The notes under the pieces are model-generated. The model had not been told where the DNA came from. It did no database searches and was given only the letters and a program-made list of their open reading frames with translations. A program made the position numbers and the translations under genes. A stretch of 63,473 bases of DNA, filler included, from Octopus bimaculoides (lineage: Eukaryota): NCBI RefSeq assembly GCF_001194135.2. It is 4 parts of 4 records of this genome, joined end to end, with 100 filler letters (N's around TTAATTAATTAA, not from the genome) between each part and the next. Parts side by side here need not be neighbours in the genome. Positions count along the whole stretch, not along the records: positions 14,768 to 35,892 come from NC_068995.1; positions 35,993 to 53,448 come from NC_068987.1; 2 more parts are not named here. One strand, 5' to 3'. This document shows positions 27,881 to 40,990 of this stretch, one piece after another. The stretch's first letter is position 1, and every line of letters starts with the position of its first letter.

Positions 27881-28469
27881 ATTTTATCCGCACATGTTTT
27901 TTAAAGAGTGAATTACAAATAATTCGCAAGAAGAGTTTGGTAACTGACCAACAAAATTCTACTCTGTAGAATTCGTAAATTGCCAGTATTTAATTTCTTC
28001 CTTGCTATTATTTTATTCTTTTAGTTCTTCCCACTGTTAAACCATTTCAATTGTGTGTGTACATGCGAACATATAAGTATTTGGGCGGGGCGGCGTTCTG
28101 TCGAACGAAGAAAAGCAAAGTTTCGTTCTGTTACAGGTTACAAGGAAGTCACGAGCTGCCGTGACTTTAGAGACCGCTCGATGCAAGGCGAGAGGTAAGA
28201 AAACGAAGATGGCGTTTCCTATACGTTATTACAATTGAATCAGGAAGAGGACACCAAGAGAGGCGAGAGGAGAAAAAGAAGTAGAGTGATGTTGGTTGTG
28301 ACGTTGTCGTTGTTATTGTTATTGTGGTAGTGGTGGGGAGGGGGTAGTGGAAGTGATTGTGTAAAGGGAGGCAATTCTCTTTGAAGAAGAAACTCCAATT
28401 TCAAGAAATAAATTGCTCGCTTGTCATTTAAATTTCTCTGAAGACATTGCAGTGAAGTCGCATGTATTT

Positions 28470-28765
28470 GCATACTGAGGTCGATCTAATCGACTGGACC
28501 CCTCCCCCAAAATTTTGGGCTTTGTGTCTAGAGTAGAAAAGAATATATTTAAGGCGGCGAGCTAACAAAAACGTTAGCACGCCGGGCGAAATGCTTAGCG
28601 GTATTTCGTCTGTCTTTACGTTCTGAGTTCAAATTCAGCCGAGGTTGACTTTGCCTTTTATCCTTCCGAGGCCGATAAATTAAGTACCAGTTGCTGGGGG
28701 TCGATCTAATTGACTGACCCATCCCCCAAAATTGTGGGCCTTGTGCCTAGAGTAGAAAAGAGTAT
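28470..28765 (+). mobile_element. Full SINE (tail B) preceded by an extra copy of the same tail
   Basis: Tail gtcgatctaatcgactgg...agagtagaaaaga at 28478-28545, head at about 28553, tail again at 28695-28765. Confidence 0.85.
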
Positions 28766-28884
28766 TTTATTCTTTTAGTTTTTCCCACTGTTAAACCGTT
28801 TAAATTATGTTATTTGCTCTGGTCGCTGTCGTTTTTCTTGTTATTGTTGTCGTTGTTTATATCTTGAAGTTGATACTATTCAAA

Positions 28885-29200
28885 TTGGCGCTCCATCGGT
28901 TGCGACGATCAGCATTCCATTTGATCGTATCATAGAAACAGTCTGCTCGTGAAATTAACGTGAAAATGGTAGAGTACTCCAGAGACATGCGTGCACTTAA
29001 AGTAATTCTCATGGAAATTCAGCGTGACACAGGGTGGAACAAAGCCGGCTCTTTGAATCACAACTCATTTTTTACCAGCTTAGTGGACTGGAACAACATG
29101 AAATAAAGTATCTTGCTCAAGGAGACAACACCTCACCGAGAATCGACATCACGTCCTTACGAACGTGAATCGAAAATCCTAACCACTAATCCACGCTTTC
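28885..29200 (-). mobile_element. SINE with the 836-type head and core but a different 3' tail
   Basis: Minus strand reads tagtggttagg...ccttgagcaagatactttatttcatgttgttccagtccactaagctgg, then ...cacgttaatttcacgagcag..., a tail also present at 27770-27880. Confidence 0.75.
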
Positions 29201-30917
29201 ACTCCACTAATTAAACAGATCTATGTAGAAGATCATCCCAGCCGTGACTATTCTGTCTTATACTCCAACATCATGTACAAGAAACTAAATTATCTTATAC
29301 AGGCAAGGCCAACCGTTCTCGATTTGCCGCACTACTAAAAAATATTAAGGTAATTTTGCGTTGGTGTGACCTTCAGAAAGGCTGAATGTGGCTCACAGCT
29401 CGCAGGTTGCTCATGACTAATGTGATGTATTCTATTTCCCAAGGTGGTAGTGTGTGCATTTGATGTAGATTACTCTTCTATGTTTAGCAAGTCGATCGAC
29501 CACATGACGGCGGTTCTCCCATGGTTCGAGAGTTCAATGGTAGTAATTTTGTGGCTAATTAAATTTTAGAATTGCTGGTGGTGTCGAAAATCATATTAGT
29601 TTCTCAATAGCAGCATGTTGATCAGATAATGTGTTAAAAGATTGAGACATGAAGACAGTGGAAGAGATAGATGTAGAGACATGTGGGGAGGTGTAAGTTT
29701 GAGGAGAGATTGAGAGGAGAGGAAAATGAGGAGAGGAGAGAGGGGCGAAATGAAAGGGTAGAAAAAGAGGGAAATTAGAAAACGAAAGAATCGTGAAAGA
29801 AAAAGAGAGATAAAAAGGAAGAAAGGGAAAAAGAAAGACAGAACCTGAGAAGAGAAGAGAAACAAATGAATGGAGAAAAGAAAAAAGGAAGAGGAATGAA
29901 AAACAAAAGGAAGAAAGAAAGAAAGGAGAAAGGGGTAGAAAATGAATGGCTGAGAGAGAGAAAGAAGGAGAGAGTGAGAAGAGAGAAAGAGAGTGAGTGA
30001 GTGAATGAATGTAATAGAGAAAAAGAGAGAGCGAGAGAGACAAACAGAAGGTGAGTGAGAGACAGAGAAGGAGAGAATCAGACTGAATGGATGCCATGAT
30101 TATACTGCCATATTCAACAGTCTTGAATAATTTTCATTTTCTGTTCGTTTGATCAAGGAGGAGAAGGAGGAGGAAGAGGAGGAGGAGGGGGGAAGAGGAA
30201 GGGATGAGGATAAAGTAGGGTGGGGTGGTACGGGCAGGCAGGGGCTATTCACCAAATGACAAACGATGAGATGATTATTCAAATTATATGAGTGTCAAAT
30301 TTCACCTCTCCATCATCACATTACACGATCCCAATGACAACGACGTCCTCCTCCTCCCCGCCCACCACCACCACAAACAACAATAACAACAATAACACCG
30401 CCGACAACAACACCACCGCCAACAGAAGCCAATGCCATCACCACCACCGCTACTATCGGCATTATTATCACCACTACTACGACCACAACAGCGCCTCATT
30501 CAGCAGAATCGTTAGAGACACATAGTGGTCATTCCACCACTACCACCACCACAAAGTCTCATTCAGCACAATCGTTAGACATATAGTGGTCGTTGGGCCT
30601 CCACCCAGGCCTTTCGTGATAGCCTTAAAGTCAGGAACTTTTCGGCAACCCTTCGTATATGTTTGCATGTATGTATGTATGTATGTAGGTAGGTAGGTAG
30701 GTAGGTAGGTAGGTAGGTAGGTAGGTAGGTATATAGGTATATCATTATTCAGTTTATCAATTGTTGATAGAGAAAGAGCTGGTTTCTAACCTAGATCCAA
30801 AGCTCTTCCATTAAAATTTCAACATCGACAACATATTTTTGTATGTGTGTTTGTCTGTATAAGTGCAGGTTTGTATGTATGTAATTATATATGTATGTAA
30901 GTATATTCTTTTCTGTG

Positions 30918-31225
30918 AAGGCGCATGGCTCAGTGGTTAGACCGTTGAGCTTACAATCGTGTGGTTGTGAGTTCGAATCACGGACCGGGATGCGTGTTGT
31001 GTTCTTGAGCAAGACACTTTATTTCACGTTGCTCCAGTTCATCCAGCAATAGAAATGAGTTGCCACGTCACTAGTGCCAAGCGGTATCGGCCCCTTTGCC
31101 TTTCCTTTGGATTACACTGGTGGCGTGGAGAGGGGAGGCCGATATGCATGGGCGACTGCTGGGCTTCCATAAACATCGTTGCCCGGGAGGTGCAATCCCA
31201 TGGTAAGTCATCACCGAAGGGGATC
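30918..31225 (+). mobile_element. SINE, same family as 836-1168
   Basis: ggcgcatggctcagtggttaga...gagttcgaatc...ttgagcaagacactttatttc...gtatcggcccctttgcctttcc...gcaatcccatgg. Confidence 0.85.
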
Positions 31226-31681
31226 TCATATATGCATATTCTTNNNNNNNNNNNNNNNNNNNNNNNNNNNNNNNNNNNNNNNNNNNNNNNNNNNNNNNNN
31301 NNNNNNNNNNNNNNNNNNNNNNNNNNNNNNNNNNNNNNNNNNNNNNNNNNNNNNNNNNNNNNNNNNNNNNNNNNNNNNNNNNNNNNNNNNNNNNNNNNNN
31401 NNNNNNNNNNNNNNNNNNNNNNNNNNNNNNNNNNNNNNNNNNNNNNNNNNNNNNNNNNNNNNNNNNNNNNNNNNNNNNNNNNNNNNNNNNNNNNNNNNNN
31501 NNNNNNNNNNNNNNNNNNNNNNNNNNNNNNNNNNNNNNNNNNNNNNNNNNNNNNNNNNNNNNNNNNNNNNNNNNNNNNNNNNNNNNNNNNNNNNNNNNNN
31601 NNNNNNNNNNNNNNNNNNNNNNNNNNNNNNNNNNNNNNNNNNNNNNNNNNNNNNNNNNNNNNNNNNNNNNNNNNNNNNNNN

Positions 31682-32030
31682 CTGAAAAACCAAAACCTTC
31701 TGTATAATACGCACCCCTTCTCTAACTTGAGTCAAGGAGGTCTATATAACGTCCTTGGTTTGTAAACTTATATACGGTAACGTTCTTTATTATTATTGTA
31801 TATATAACAAAATGCAAGCATATAGCTTTTTTGTGCACTTTGCAGAAAATAAAGAAATAACAGTAATAACGTCAGTGAAAAATAAATATTTTGCCTTCAC
31901 ATATTTATCACTTAGAAAATTTTGCTTAGAAAATATTTTTCATTTTTAACCTCGTATATAGTACGCACTAGAAATTTTGACCTTTAAATTTTAGGAAAAA
32001 AGTGCGGATTATACTCGAGGATTTACGGTA
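31682..32030. mobile_element. Tc2/pogo-like MITE right half (left end in gap)
   Basis: Terminal gcggattatactcgaggatttacgg|TA (CCGTA-type TIR), with subterminal repeats tata.tacgcac at about 31702 and 31957. Confidence 0.6.
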
Positions 32031-33991
32031 TTCAACATAGCATATTGCACGTGTGAAACATTAGTGTATTTGTATTTAGTATGTAGAATTACTTTCTCTC
32101 ATTCATATTGTTACTTTAATAGCAATGATGTGCTGAGGTAAAATGAAAGCATTTGAAAGAAAAGCATTGGTTTAAACTACTATGAACTCAGCAAATTAAC
32201 GAAATGGTAACAGGAGTGGCAATTTGTAGTGTTTCTTGGTTTATAAGATAAACAAATAACCTTCATTCTGTTACTGTATAATCTTGTAACACACAAACAG
32301 GCTTATCCAGTTATAGACATTATCTTGCATTCATACAGAGATCCAGTAATATACATGTTATGTCTCAAGCTACTGCTACCTAGCGCCCTCGGATGATCTC
32401 TACCCAACCGCTACACAACTGCTACTCGACTGCTACTCAACTCACCTACCACGGCCAGACTACCTCTATTTATATGCCTTTTAGGTGATCCTACTTCTTC
32501 GCCTGGGGGTGTCGACACAACAATACATGCATGCAGAAATACGAGTCTGCGTGATCGGTGAACTTGTTGCTTACGTTTCAAATTACAGGATATGGAATAC
32601 AAGATGGCAATAGGTTTGGTCAAGAGTATGCTAGATTAGAGCTGGACGGGGCAAAACAACAAAAATAGCAACAATAGTAACAACAGTGATAGCAACAGCA
32701 ATCAAGTTTATGAGATGGCAGAGAATGAAATATTATAACAGGTGAACACGGTTTAGGATTTGTTCCACCAAAGGAAACCAAAGGTAGCTTTATGAGAGGA
32801 AGCTCTACCCGAGGAACTTGAGAAAATAGAAGACCGCCGATCGAGAAGTTTTATGACCAAGATTGTTTCCTATTGGGTTGATGCTTTAGATAGTTAACAT
32901 GAAGGTAATGGATTTCTAACGAGAATAGAATAGAGCTGGATTGAATTGAATAGAAGACAATAGAATGGAAGCAAGAATATTCGATGCCGTGTTGAAGCAT
33001 TGTTGCGGTGGTATAGAATATAACATCGAAGTTTTGACCAGACAGAGAGATGATAACTAGACCTAAAGAAAAAGATATTCAGTGTGAATGATATGCGTGT
33101 GTGTATATATATATATACATATATNNNNNNNNNNNNNNNNNNNNNNNNNNNNNNNNNNNNNNNNNNNNNNNNNNNNNNNNNNNNNNNNNNNNNNNNNNNN
33201 NNNNNNNNNNNNNNNNNNNNNNNNNNNNNNNNNNNNNNNNNNNNNNNNNNNNNNNNNNNNNNNNNNNNNNNNNNNNNNNNNNNNNNNNNNNNNNNNNNNN
33301 NNNNNNNNNNNNNNNNNNNNNNNNNNNNNNNNNNNNNNNNNNNNNNNNNNNNNNNNNNNNNNNNNNNNNNNNNNNNNNNNNNNNNNNNNNNNNNNNNNNN
33401 NNNNNNNNNNNNNNNNNNNNNNNNNNNNNNNNNNNNNNNNNNNNNNNNNNNNNNNNNNNNNNNNNNNNNNNNNNNNNNNNNNNNNNNNNNNNNNNNNNNN
33501 NNNNNNNNNNNNNNNNNNNNNNNNNNNNNNNNNNNNNNNNNNNNNNNNNNNNNNNNNNNNNNNNNNNNNNNNNNNNNNNNNNNNNNNNNNNNNNNNNNNN
33601 NNNNNNNNNNNNNNNNNNNNNNNNNNNNNNNNNNNNNNNNNNNNNNNNNNNNNNNNNNNNNNNNNNNNNNNNNNNNNNNNNNNNNNNNNNNNNNNNNNNN
33701 NNNNNNNNNNNNNNNNNNNNNNNNNNNNNNNNNNNNNNNNNNNNNNNNNNNNNNNNNNNNNNNNNNNNNNNNNNNNNNNNNNNNNNNNNNNNNNNNNNNN
33801 NNNNNNNNNNNNNNNNNNNNNNNNNNNNNNNNNNNNNNNNNNNNNNNNNNNNNNNNNNNNNNNNNNNNNNNNNNNNNNNNNNNNNNNNNNNNNNNNNNNN
33901 NNNNNNNNNNNNNNNNNNNNNNNNNNNNNNNATATATATATATATTTGTATGTATATATCAAGTGCTCAAATCGTTTTGTATCTGTATATG

Positions 33992-34025
<34 letters not shown>

Positions 34026-35189
34026 TGTATGTATGTATGTATGTATGTGTACAAGCAAACATACAAACATACACATTTAAATAGCTTCCGATAATATCTA
34101 AAAGCAAGCACAAAAAGATATGAAGCTGAATATTGATTGACATGTGTTAACAGATGGGTTCAGCTGTTTTATAGTCGATACTTCGATGCTTAAAATAGCA
34201 TAGAATATCTTTAACCATATGCCGTAGTATATTAAGTACATACATTAATACTTATCTTCATAGAGATCATAATAATTAGTAGGTGATAGAATATAACAGG
34301 CGAAAAGCGCACAGTTTCTTAATGTATGCTATTGTTGAATAGTAGCAAAAATATGCAACATTGTATAGAATTCGAATTCTATAGAATTGGTATCAGCGAT
34401 TGAATTTTCTAGCTGATCAATGATTTAAAAGCGGTTAACTAACATTAGATTAAAGATTTGGTTGTTAATTATTTAGCTCTTGGCTTGTAAAAACCTTTAA
34501 TGACAATCCTATATGTTAAAGAGACTGCCACGAGGCCAAAACAAAATTAAGGAAAGCAGAATAAAACATAACGTGTTGATTACGATGTATGTAGATATTT
34601 GTGAGGGGAGATCTCCTATAGGCTAGAGGGGGAACAGAGCGGTGGTGGAGTTAGTGGTATTAATAGCTTGTAGTGGTGGTGGTGGTGGTGTATTGGTGGC
34701 GGTGCCAATTATTTTTCTAAGTGTGAGAACACAACTTCTGTTAATTGGATTTAAATTCTCGTGCTGTTATATGTTGCTGCCTAAAGTTTACATTGATTAA
34801 TTTAATTACAAAGCTCTACTGAACACATATTGGAGTAATATAAAGTCAAGTTTGATTATTTCTAATGCTTTTTCAGTATCAGAAATATCCACAGTAGGGC
34901 AATATACTGCAATTAGAAAAAAATAATAAACGTTTGCTAAAATATTTGTTTATAGCCGAGCAAATAAGGGAGATTACTCATAATTTTTCAGTGTTAATTA
35001 GCTTTTAGAAAAGGACGTATAGTTATCGAACATCGACACTTAACTATATAGAAAATACTATACAGAAATATATACTTATGATATACAAATATAGGTTAAA
35101 ATAAAGAATATAATCAATCGCGGGTGAACTGGTAGAACTGTTACCGCACCGGACAAAAATGCTGAGCAGTTTTACTTTCTGAGTTCAAA

Positions 35190-35750
35190 TGACACTGGTA
35201 TGTGTTTAGGTAGTATTACCGGTATCGCGTCCAAGAATTTTCTGGTGCTAGAACGTGTAGTTTCAGATAGTTTGGGTGCTGGAACCGCAAACGCGTCGTA
35301 CAATACTTCCACGAGGATTTCATATCTCCCGACTGTTTTTACCGGGAATCTTTTTATAAATTGGTTAATATCTTTTATGTTCGAGATTTGACATTTGAAC
35401 ATGTCCGAGGTTAATTCATTTCATTTTACTTTTTCACACTCTCTGTTAACAGCTCCGGCATAGGTGGTGAAATCTCCATCAGTTTTTTTGACCAGAGTTA
35501 AACATTGCCAGCGAGTATTGAACAGGAAACTTCTTTCACTGAAACGTTTCGATAAAATATTAATTGTTTCATCGAAACAAATCTCATCTGGTTTCTTCGG
35601 CAGAATATCATTACTATATTTTTCGTGTTCGGCAGAGGATAACTTTCTTAAAAGTAGTCGTAATTTTCTCATCTGTTCAATTTAATACACTCTTCTTTGA
35701 AGATTTCTTAATCTTTTCGAAAATATCCTTCTTCGGGATTATAACGGGAT
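35190..35750 (-). mobile_element. Ty3/Gypsy LTR retrotransposon gag fragment, degenerate
   Basis: RYNPEEG...; KLRLLLRKLSSAEHEKYSNDILPKKP...FDETINIL...SFLFNTRWQCL...FTTYAGAVNRECE, then NELTSDMFKC. This pattern is typical of mollusc/nematode Gypsy gag. Confidence 0.75.
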
Positions 35751-35892
<142 letters not shown>

Positions 35893-35992
35893 NNNNNNNN
35901 NNNNNNNNNNNNNNNNNNNNNNNNNNNNNNNNNNNNTTAATTAATTAANNNNNNNNNNNNNNNNNNNNNNNNNNNNNNNNNNNNNNNNNNNN
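35893..35992. other. Artificial 100-bp assembly spacer
   Basis: 44 N + TTAATTAATTAA + 44 N. Confidence 0.95.
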
Positions 35993-36317
35993 AAAAAAAA
36001 ATGGGGAAAATCTCACCAAAAATTTCCCCCATAAATTTCTTTATAATTGTAATCTATGCCATTTGAAAGGGATTCGTATAAATTTTCATTAAAAGATATC
36101 CATTTTCCTGAAAGTTATGAGGGGAAAAAAAGTCAGATCATATGAGATTTTCCAAAACGCCTCTCTCCAACCCCTCAGAAAAATTCTTTCCCATAAATCC
36201 CTATATACTCTGAAGCCACAACATCTAAGCGGTATTTGTAGAAAATGCTTTTTAAAAGTATTCATTTTTCTGGATGTTATGAGGCAACAAAGTCGAGGAT
36301 GTATACATCTACAGTAA

Positions 36318-36720
36318 TGCCCTTTTATTTATACGATTTTTTCATTTATTTCTTTCATTGTTTGCAATGTTCTCTCCTACCCTCTCTCTCTCTCACACAC
36401 ACTCACACACACACACACACACACACTACAAAGCTTACAGATTGGCTGCTGGATTGTAATCTCTATGTTACTTTGAGGGGAAGGTAAAACTTGACCAACT
36501 GCTTCTTCCTCTGTTGTTGGACTACTGTGATGTTTTTTTAAGAGAGAGAGATGATGACTGTGAATAAAATAATGAAAGCAATATTTACTAAGCAAGTGAG
36601 CACTATTATACAAAAAATAATTAGATCTAAAATATAAAAATTATTAGAATTGGGAATCAAATGTGAAAATACTATCAAAGGGCTAGCAGAAAACTGCCTG
36701 GAGGGCAGTCTTTCTGCTAG
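36318..36720 (+). mobile_element. Internally deleted Helitron-derived element with an intact 3' end
   Basis: Hairpin actgcc-tggag-ggcagt, then ctttctgCTAG|T at 36717-36721. Homologous to 36900-37798. Confidence 0.7.
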
Positions 36721-36899
36721 TATATTATTTTTGGAGAAAGCTGCTTATTAATGAGGTATGTAACAGTCACTAAAAGAAAGCAATTATTAAAGGCTTGACC
36801 ATCTGGAAGTTTTCAGGAAAATTTACTTTCTGAACTTCCTTTTATTATTGAATATTTCAAGTTCACAAATTTAAATATTCGGTACAAGATAGTTTTTAA

Positions 36900-37798
36900 C
36901 AAGCTTTTATTTATATGATATTTCATTCATTGTTTGCAATGTCCTCTCTCTCCCCAGGTTTGATTTCGTTATTACACTAATATCACATTAGAATTTTGCA
37001 ATTCAACATGGGGTATCCAAAAACATATGTGACTGAAAAAGAACATTTAACAGCAAAGGTACAATGGCAACTGAATCAGTTAAAACCAGGCAAAGCAGCT
37101 GAAACAAAAGTCTGAATTTGCACGTGGATGTAGAGATGATTCTGTTTCTGCTACTCATGACCAACTGATTAGGGTATCTTGAGAGGAGAATATTCTACTT
37201 CAAAATAAGACACTGCGTCAGCATACACCATCTATGACTGTTCAGCTGTCTACTGATAAGCAATATAAAATGGGAAGCTTTCCAAACTTCAGTGAGTTAC
37301 AAACAGAAACACCAGTGCCAACAAACGGTGCTGAGAGATGAAACTGAATATTTACAGCAGGAGTACAGATGAAAAAAATTTTCCAACTAGGAAGAATTCT
37401 GTTAAAAGATTAGCAATGAAAGCCAGTTTCAATAATTTTCAAGAACAGTCTGTCCTGTCTATTGTACAGCTACACAAAGCAGGGAGTCTCGTTGACAATG
37501 TTTGTTCATACTGCAAAGCTTACAGATGGGCTGCTGAATTGAAATCTGTATGTTGCTTTCAGGGGAAGGTAAAACTTGATGAACTGCTTCCTCCTCCATA
37601 GTTGGACTACCTTGATGTTTGTTTAAAAAAGAGAGATTATGACTGTGATAAAATAATGAAAGCAATATTTACTAAGTGTGCACTATTATACAAAGAAATA
37701 ATGAGATATAAAATATAACAATTATTAAAATTGGGAATCAAATTTTAAAATATCAAGTGGCTAGCAGAAAACTGCCCAGAAGGCAGTCTTTCTGCTAT
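36900..37798 (+). mobile_element. Longer Helitron-derived element with a RepHel N-terminal remnant
   Basis: NVCSYCKAYRWAAELKSVCCFQGKVKLDELLPPP matches the Helitron C..C.A..W..E....CC..GKV.L..L..PP motif. Same 3' hairpin, ending CTAT|T. Confidence 0.75.
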
Positions 37799-38123
37799 TA
37801 TATATAATGTTCTTTACTCTCAGGTCTATTTTCCTCGAGCTGAATTATTTTTTAAATATGTTTTTTATAGCAAAGACAGAGAAAAAAGGCAATACCCATG
37901 AACCATTTTTGAGAATTTTTGAGGCAAGGGAAAAGAGAAGAATTTAACCGTAAATGAAAATTCTGATTGGAACACTTGCAACTTTAGTTCACTCCATGGA
38001 AGATAACCAAAAGGTAGGTGATAATGTTAAGCTGGGAAACATTGTCTACCAACTAAATATCAATATTATCAATATATATAATTATTGTTATAAGTGAAAC
38101 TTGTAATATAAAACAATTTTTAA

Positions 38124-38530
38124 TCTTTTAGCATTCAGATTACTCTGTCGAGTGTAATGCTTATTTATTTTCATTGTTCTGCATTAATCATAAACTATCT
38201 CACAGCTTTGAGATTTCATTGATGTAACTGTTTCATGCTGTGCATAATAGTTTCTCTCTTTTTCTCTCCAGAAGGAGCCAATTGCATTCAGACCTGAAGA
38301 GGAATGGGTTCCACTAGGTCTCACCTTTTAACATTCAGATTTCTCTAATGCATATATATTCCCAATGTTTTGGATTAATTATGCATTATCTTGTAGCTTT
38401 GAGATTCCGATGATAATGTGATTGTTTATTTTTAGAATGACAATGTAGGGTAGGTATGAGAGGCTGGATCTGGCTGGTTTGAACATAGGATAGGCAAAAT
38501 ATTTTGACATGATGTAACCAGTTTAAAGGG
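38124..38530. mobile_element. piggyBac-like (TTAA) MITE
   Basis: TTAA|tcttttagcattcaga ... tttaaaggg|TTAA, with internal repeated tatct..tagctttgagatt. The left TIR is degenerate. Confidence 0.5.
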
Positions 38531-38679
38531 TTAAGATATAGTGAACTCAATTCTAATTAAATTCAACCATTGCAACATATGTTGGTATATCATAACCATA
38601 AAAAAATAAATCATTTTGGCTATATAATTCTGCATTAAGGGAAGGTTTTGGTTTAATTGAATGCCTGAATCAAGCCAAT

Positions 38680-39342
38680 AGTGTTGGAATATCAACCAGA
38701 GCAAATGGATCAACTCGTCACCTGCATTGTACTGCATCAACAGTAAAAACACTTTTAATACCATTTTCATAATCCTAAAACGAGATATCAATGGTTTTGT
38801 TTTGGCTTGGCTTCAGAACCTGTTGTCAAATAAGGACAGTTTGAATAGGTCATGTGTTTGGAGGAATTTCAAGGAGTTGTTGCACTTTGGACTTATCCCA
38901 GATGGTCATATGAATGCTAACCTTTATGCTCAAGAACTGCAGTGAGTATAAGATGCTTTGAAAGCCCACTACCAGGAATTGGCCAATTGAAGAAGCACTC
39001 TCCTACAGCATGACAATTCCCCAGCACAAATTTGAAGGGCTGGATGTGCTGTCACACTCTGTCTACAGTCCAAACCTTGCACAATCCGATTACCAACTTT
39101 TCTGAGTCATGGCTCATTCCCAGCATAGATGGAGGTTCGACATTGTGGATGAGACTGAAAACAGTTTTTTTCCTCTAAACTAGCCAAGTGGTATAAGCAT
39201 GAAATTGAGCTTCTGACACAATGATGGCAACAGACAATGGAATATGATTGGATATATTTTGATGAATAAAAGCTTTTCATATATAATGTTTGAATTATTA
39301 AATCAAGTTTGAAATCCCCAAAACTCTTTTGACTCAACCAGG
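38680..39342 (+). pseudogene. Mariner (DD34D) transposase remnant
   Basis: FHNPKTRYQW...CVWRNF...LLQHDNSPA...HSVYSPNLAQSDYQLF with stops and frameshifts; TIR-like end tttgactcaacc. Confidence 0.75.
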
Positions 39343-39369
39343 TATTTCCCCTAAATGAATGGAAACAAC

Positions 39370-39985
39370 CTAGTTTGTATGATGATGATGCTTGTTTACA
39401 ACTATCAGGTGATGTCTAGACAAGGGCACACATGAACATACAAACATATACATATGATGGACTTCTTTTAACTTCTATCTATCAAATACACTCACAAGCC
39501 TTTGGTCAGGCTGGAGCTATAGTAGGAAACACTTGCTCAAAGTGCTACACAGTGGAACTGAGCCTGAAACAACATGGTTGGAAAGCAAGCTTCTTAACCA
39601 TACAGCTGTGTCTGCATACAGTAGTAAAATAAAAATATAAATTTATAATACCTTATGAATGAGAGAATAGTATGTATTCTGAAGTGTACACCATGATATA
39701 TTTGCACAGCAAATGATATATAATCTAATTCTTACCCATGAAACTGGTGCCTTTTTTTCTTATAAAAGTACTCTTGATGCCATGTAAAATGCACCCATGC
39801 TGACACCATGTAAAATAGACATCCAGCACACTCTGTGAAGTGGTTGGCATTAGGAAAGACATCCAACCATAGAAGCTGTGCCAAAATGGACAATTGAAGC
39901 CTCGTACAGCTCTCTGGTTTGCTAGCTCTTTTCAAACTGCCCAACCTATGCCAGCACGGAAAACGGACAGTAAATGATGACGAGA
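39370..39985. mobile_element. Third-family SINE (minus, 39370-39610) and an RTE-like tail piece (plus, about 39790-39985)
   Basis: gacttcttttaacttc...accaaatacactcacaagcctttggtcagg... and gacatccaaccatagaa...cccaacctatgccagcacggaaaacggacagtaaatgatgac. Confidence 0.65.
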
Positions 39986-40705
39986 CTCTTAATTAGCTTT
40001 TCACATTTTATTTGTTTATGATTTCCCATGCTGTAATGTACAAGGTGGTTCTTCCTTCTCACCTTTTTTGCACATTATTAGATCGAAATGTTTTAACAGC
40101 TGTTGGTACTTACTATTGCTAATATAAATGAAGAAGTAATACCTGTTCTGTTAAGCAAACCGAAACAAGCAGAGCTATGTAGCTTCCATAAAGGTATAAA
40201 GCAAAGTATAAAGTAGTAAACATGACTAAGTTGGCAGTGCATGCATGAGAAATATATGAAATAATGATTTAACTACCTACATATCTGAGAGGGTTATTAA
40301 TAAAATTACATTTTTTTAAGCAATTAAACTCATCTTTACAATGTCATATATAAATGCTGAATATCTTCCCTTTCTAAAGACAAAGTTAATAATCTAAAAC
40401 ATTATGTTTACAATTATTCTATGTATTTTTCTCTTCTGCATAAAAATTTCAAGACACTGGTGCAGGGGGAATAACTATATATGATTCAAATATTCTTCCA
40501 CACTTATTGCATTATAAATTCTGAAAATGAAGGATGAAGACATCAAGAATCCCAGCAGAATTTGAACACAGAACAAAGAATACGTCAATGAATTTAGTGC
40601 GATACTTAACTATTTCTGCTAATTCAATAGTAGAGCATCAACACTTTGTGTTAATAACTGTATTGAAATACTAGCACTTGTGTGAATATTCTTAGTCTTC
40701 TAATA

Positions 40706-40990
40706 CAGGGGTTTTCAAACTGTGGTCCGTGGACCACAGGGGGTCCGCAAGGACAAGACGGGGGTCTGTGGACAGCAAATACTTTTTATGGGCAATTTGA
40801 TTTTATATATGTTTTTTAATCAAAATCTTTTAATTGACAATAAACCTATTTGTTAAATACTGTTAAATAAATAAATGTAAAACTATATGTCATTTCAAGC
40901 AAATATTTATGTATAAATTTCATAAGCGTTTATAAGGGTAAAGCCTAAAATATAAAGGGGTCCGCAAGTCAAAAAGTTTGAAAACCCCTG
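40706..40990. mobile_element. hAT-superfamily MITE (285 bp)
   Basis: Perfect 16-bp TIRs caggggttttcaaact / agtttgaaaacccctg; 8-bp TSD ttctaata / ttctaaca (7 of 8 match); subterminal ggggtccgcaag repeats. Confidence 0.88.

Noticed and set aside
32340-32620. Possible solo LTR (TATA-like tatttatat, ctactc repeats)
   Set aside because: No TG...CA ends with a TSD could be defined and there is no second copy in the window.
38283-38325. CTGAAGA-GGAA(tggg)TTCC hammerhead-like half
   Set aside because: The GAAA half of the core is absent.
40114-40147. 34-bp minus-strand micro-exon candidate (TGITSSFILAI) with good splice signals
   Set aside because: Too short to identify and no partner exons were found; such signals occur by chance in AT-rich DNA.
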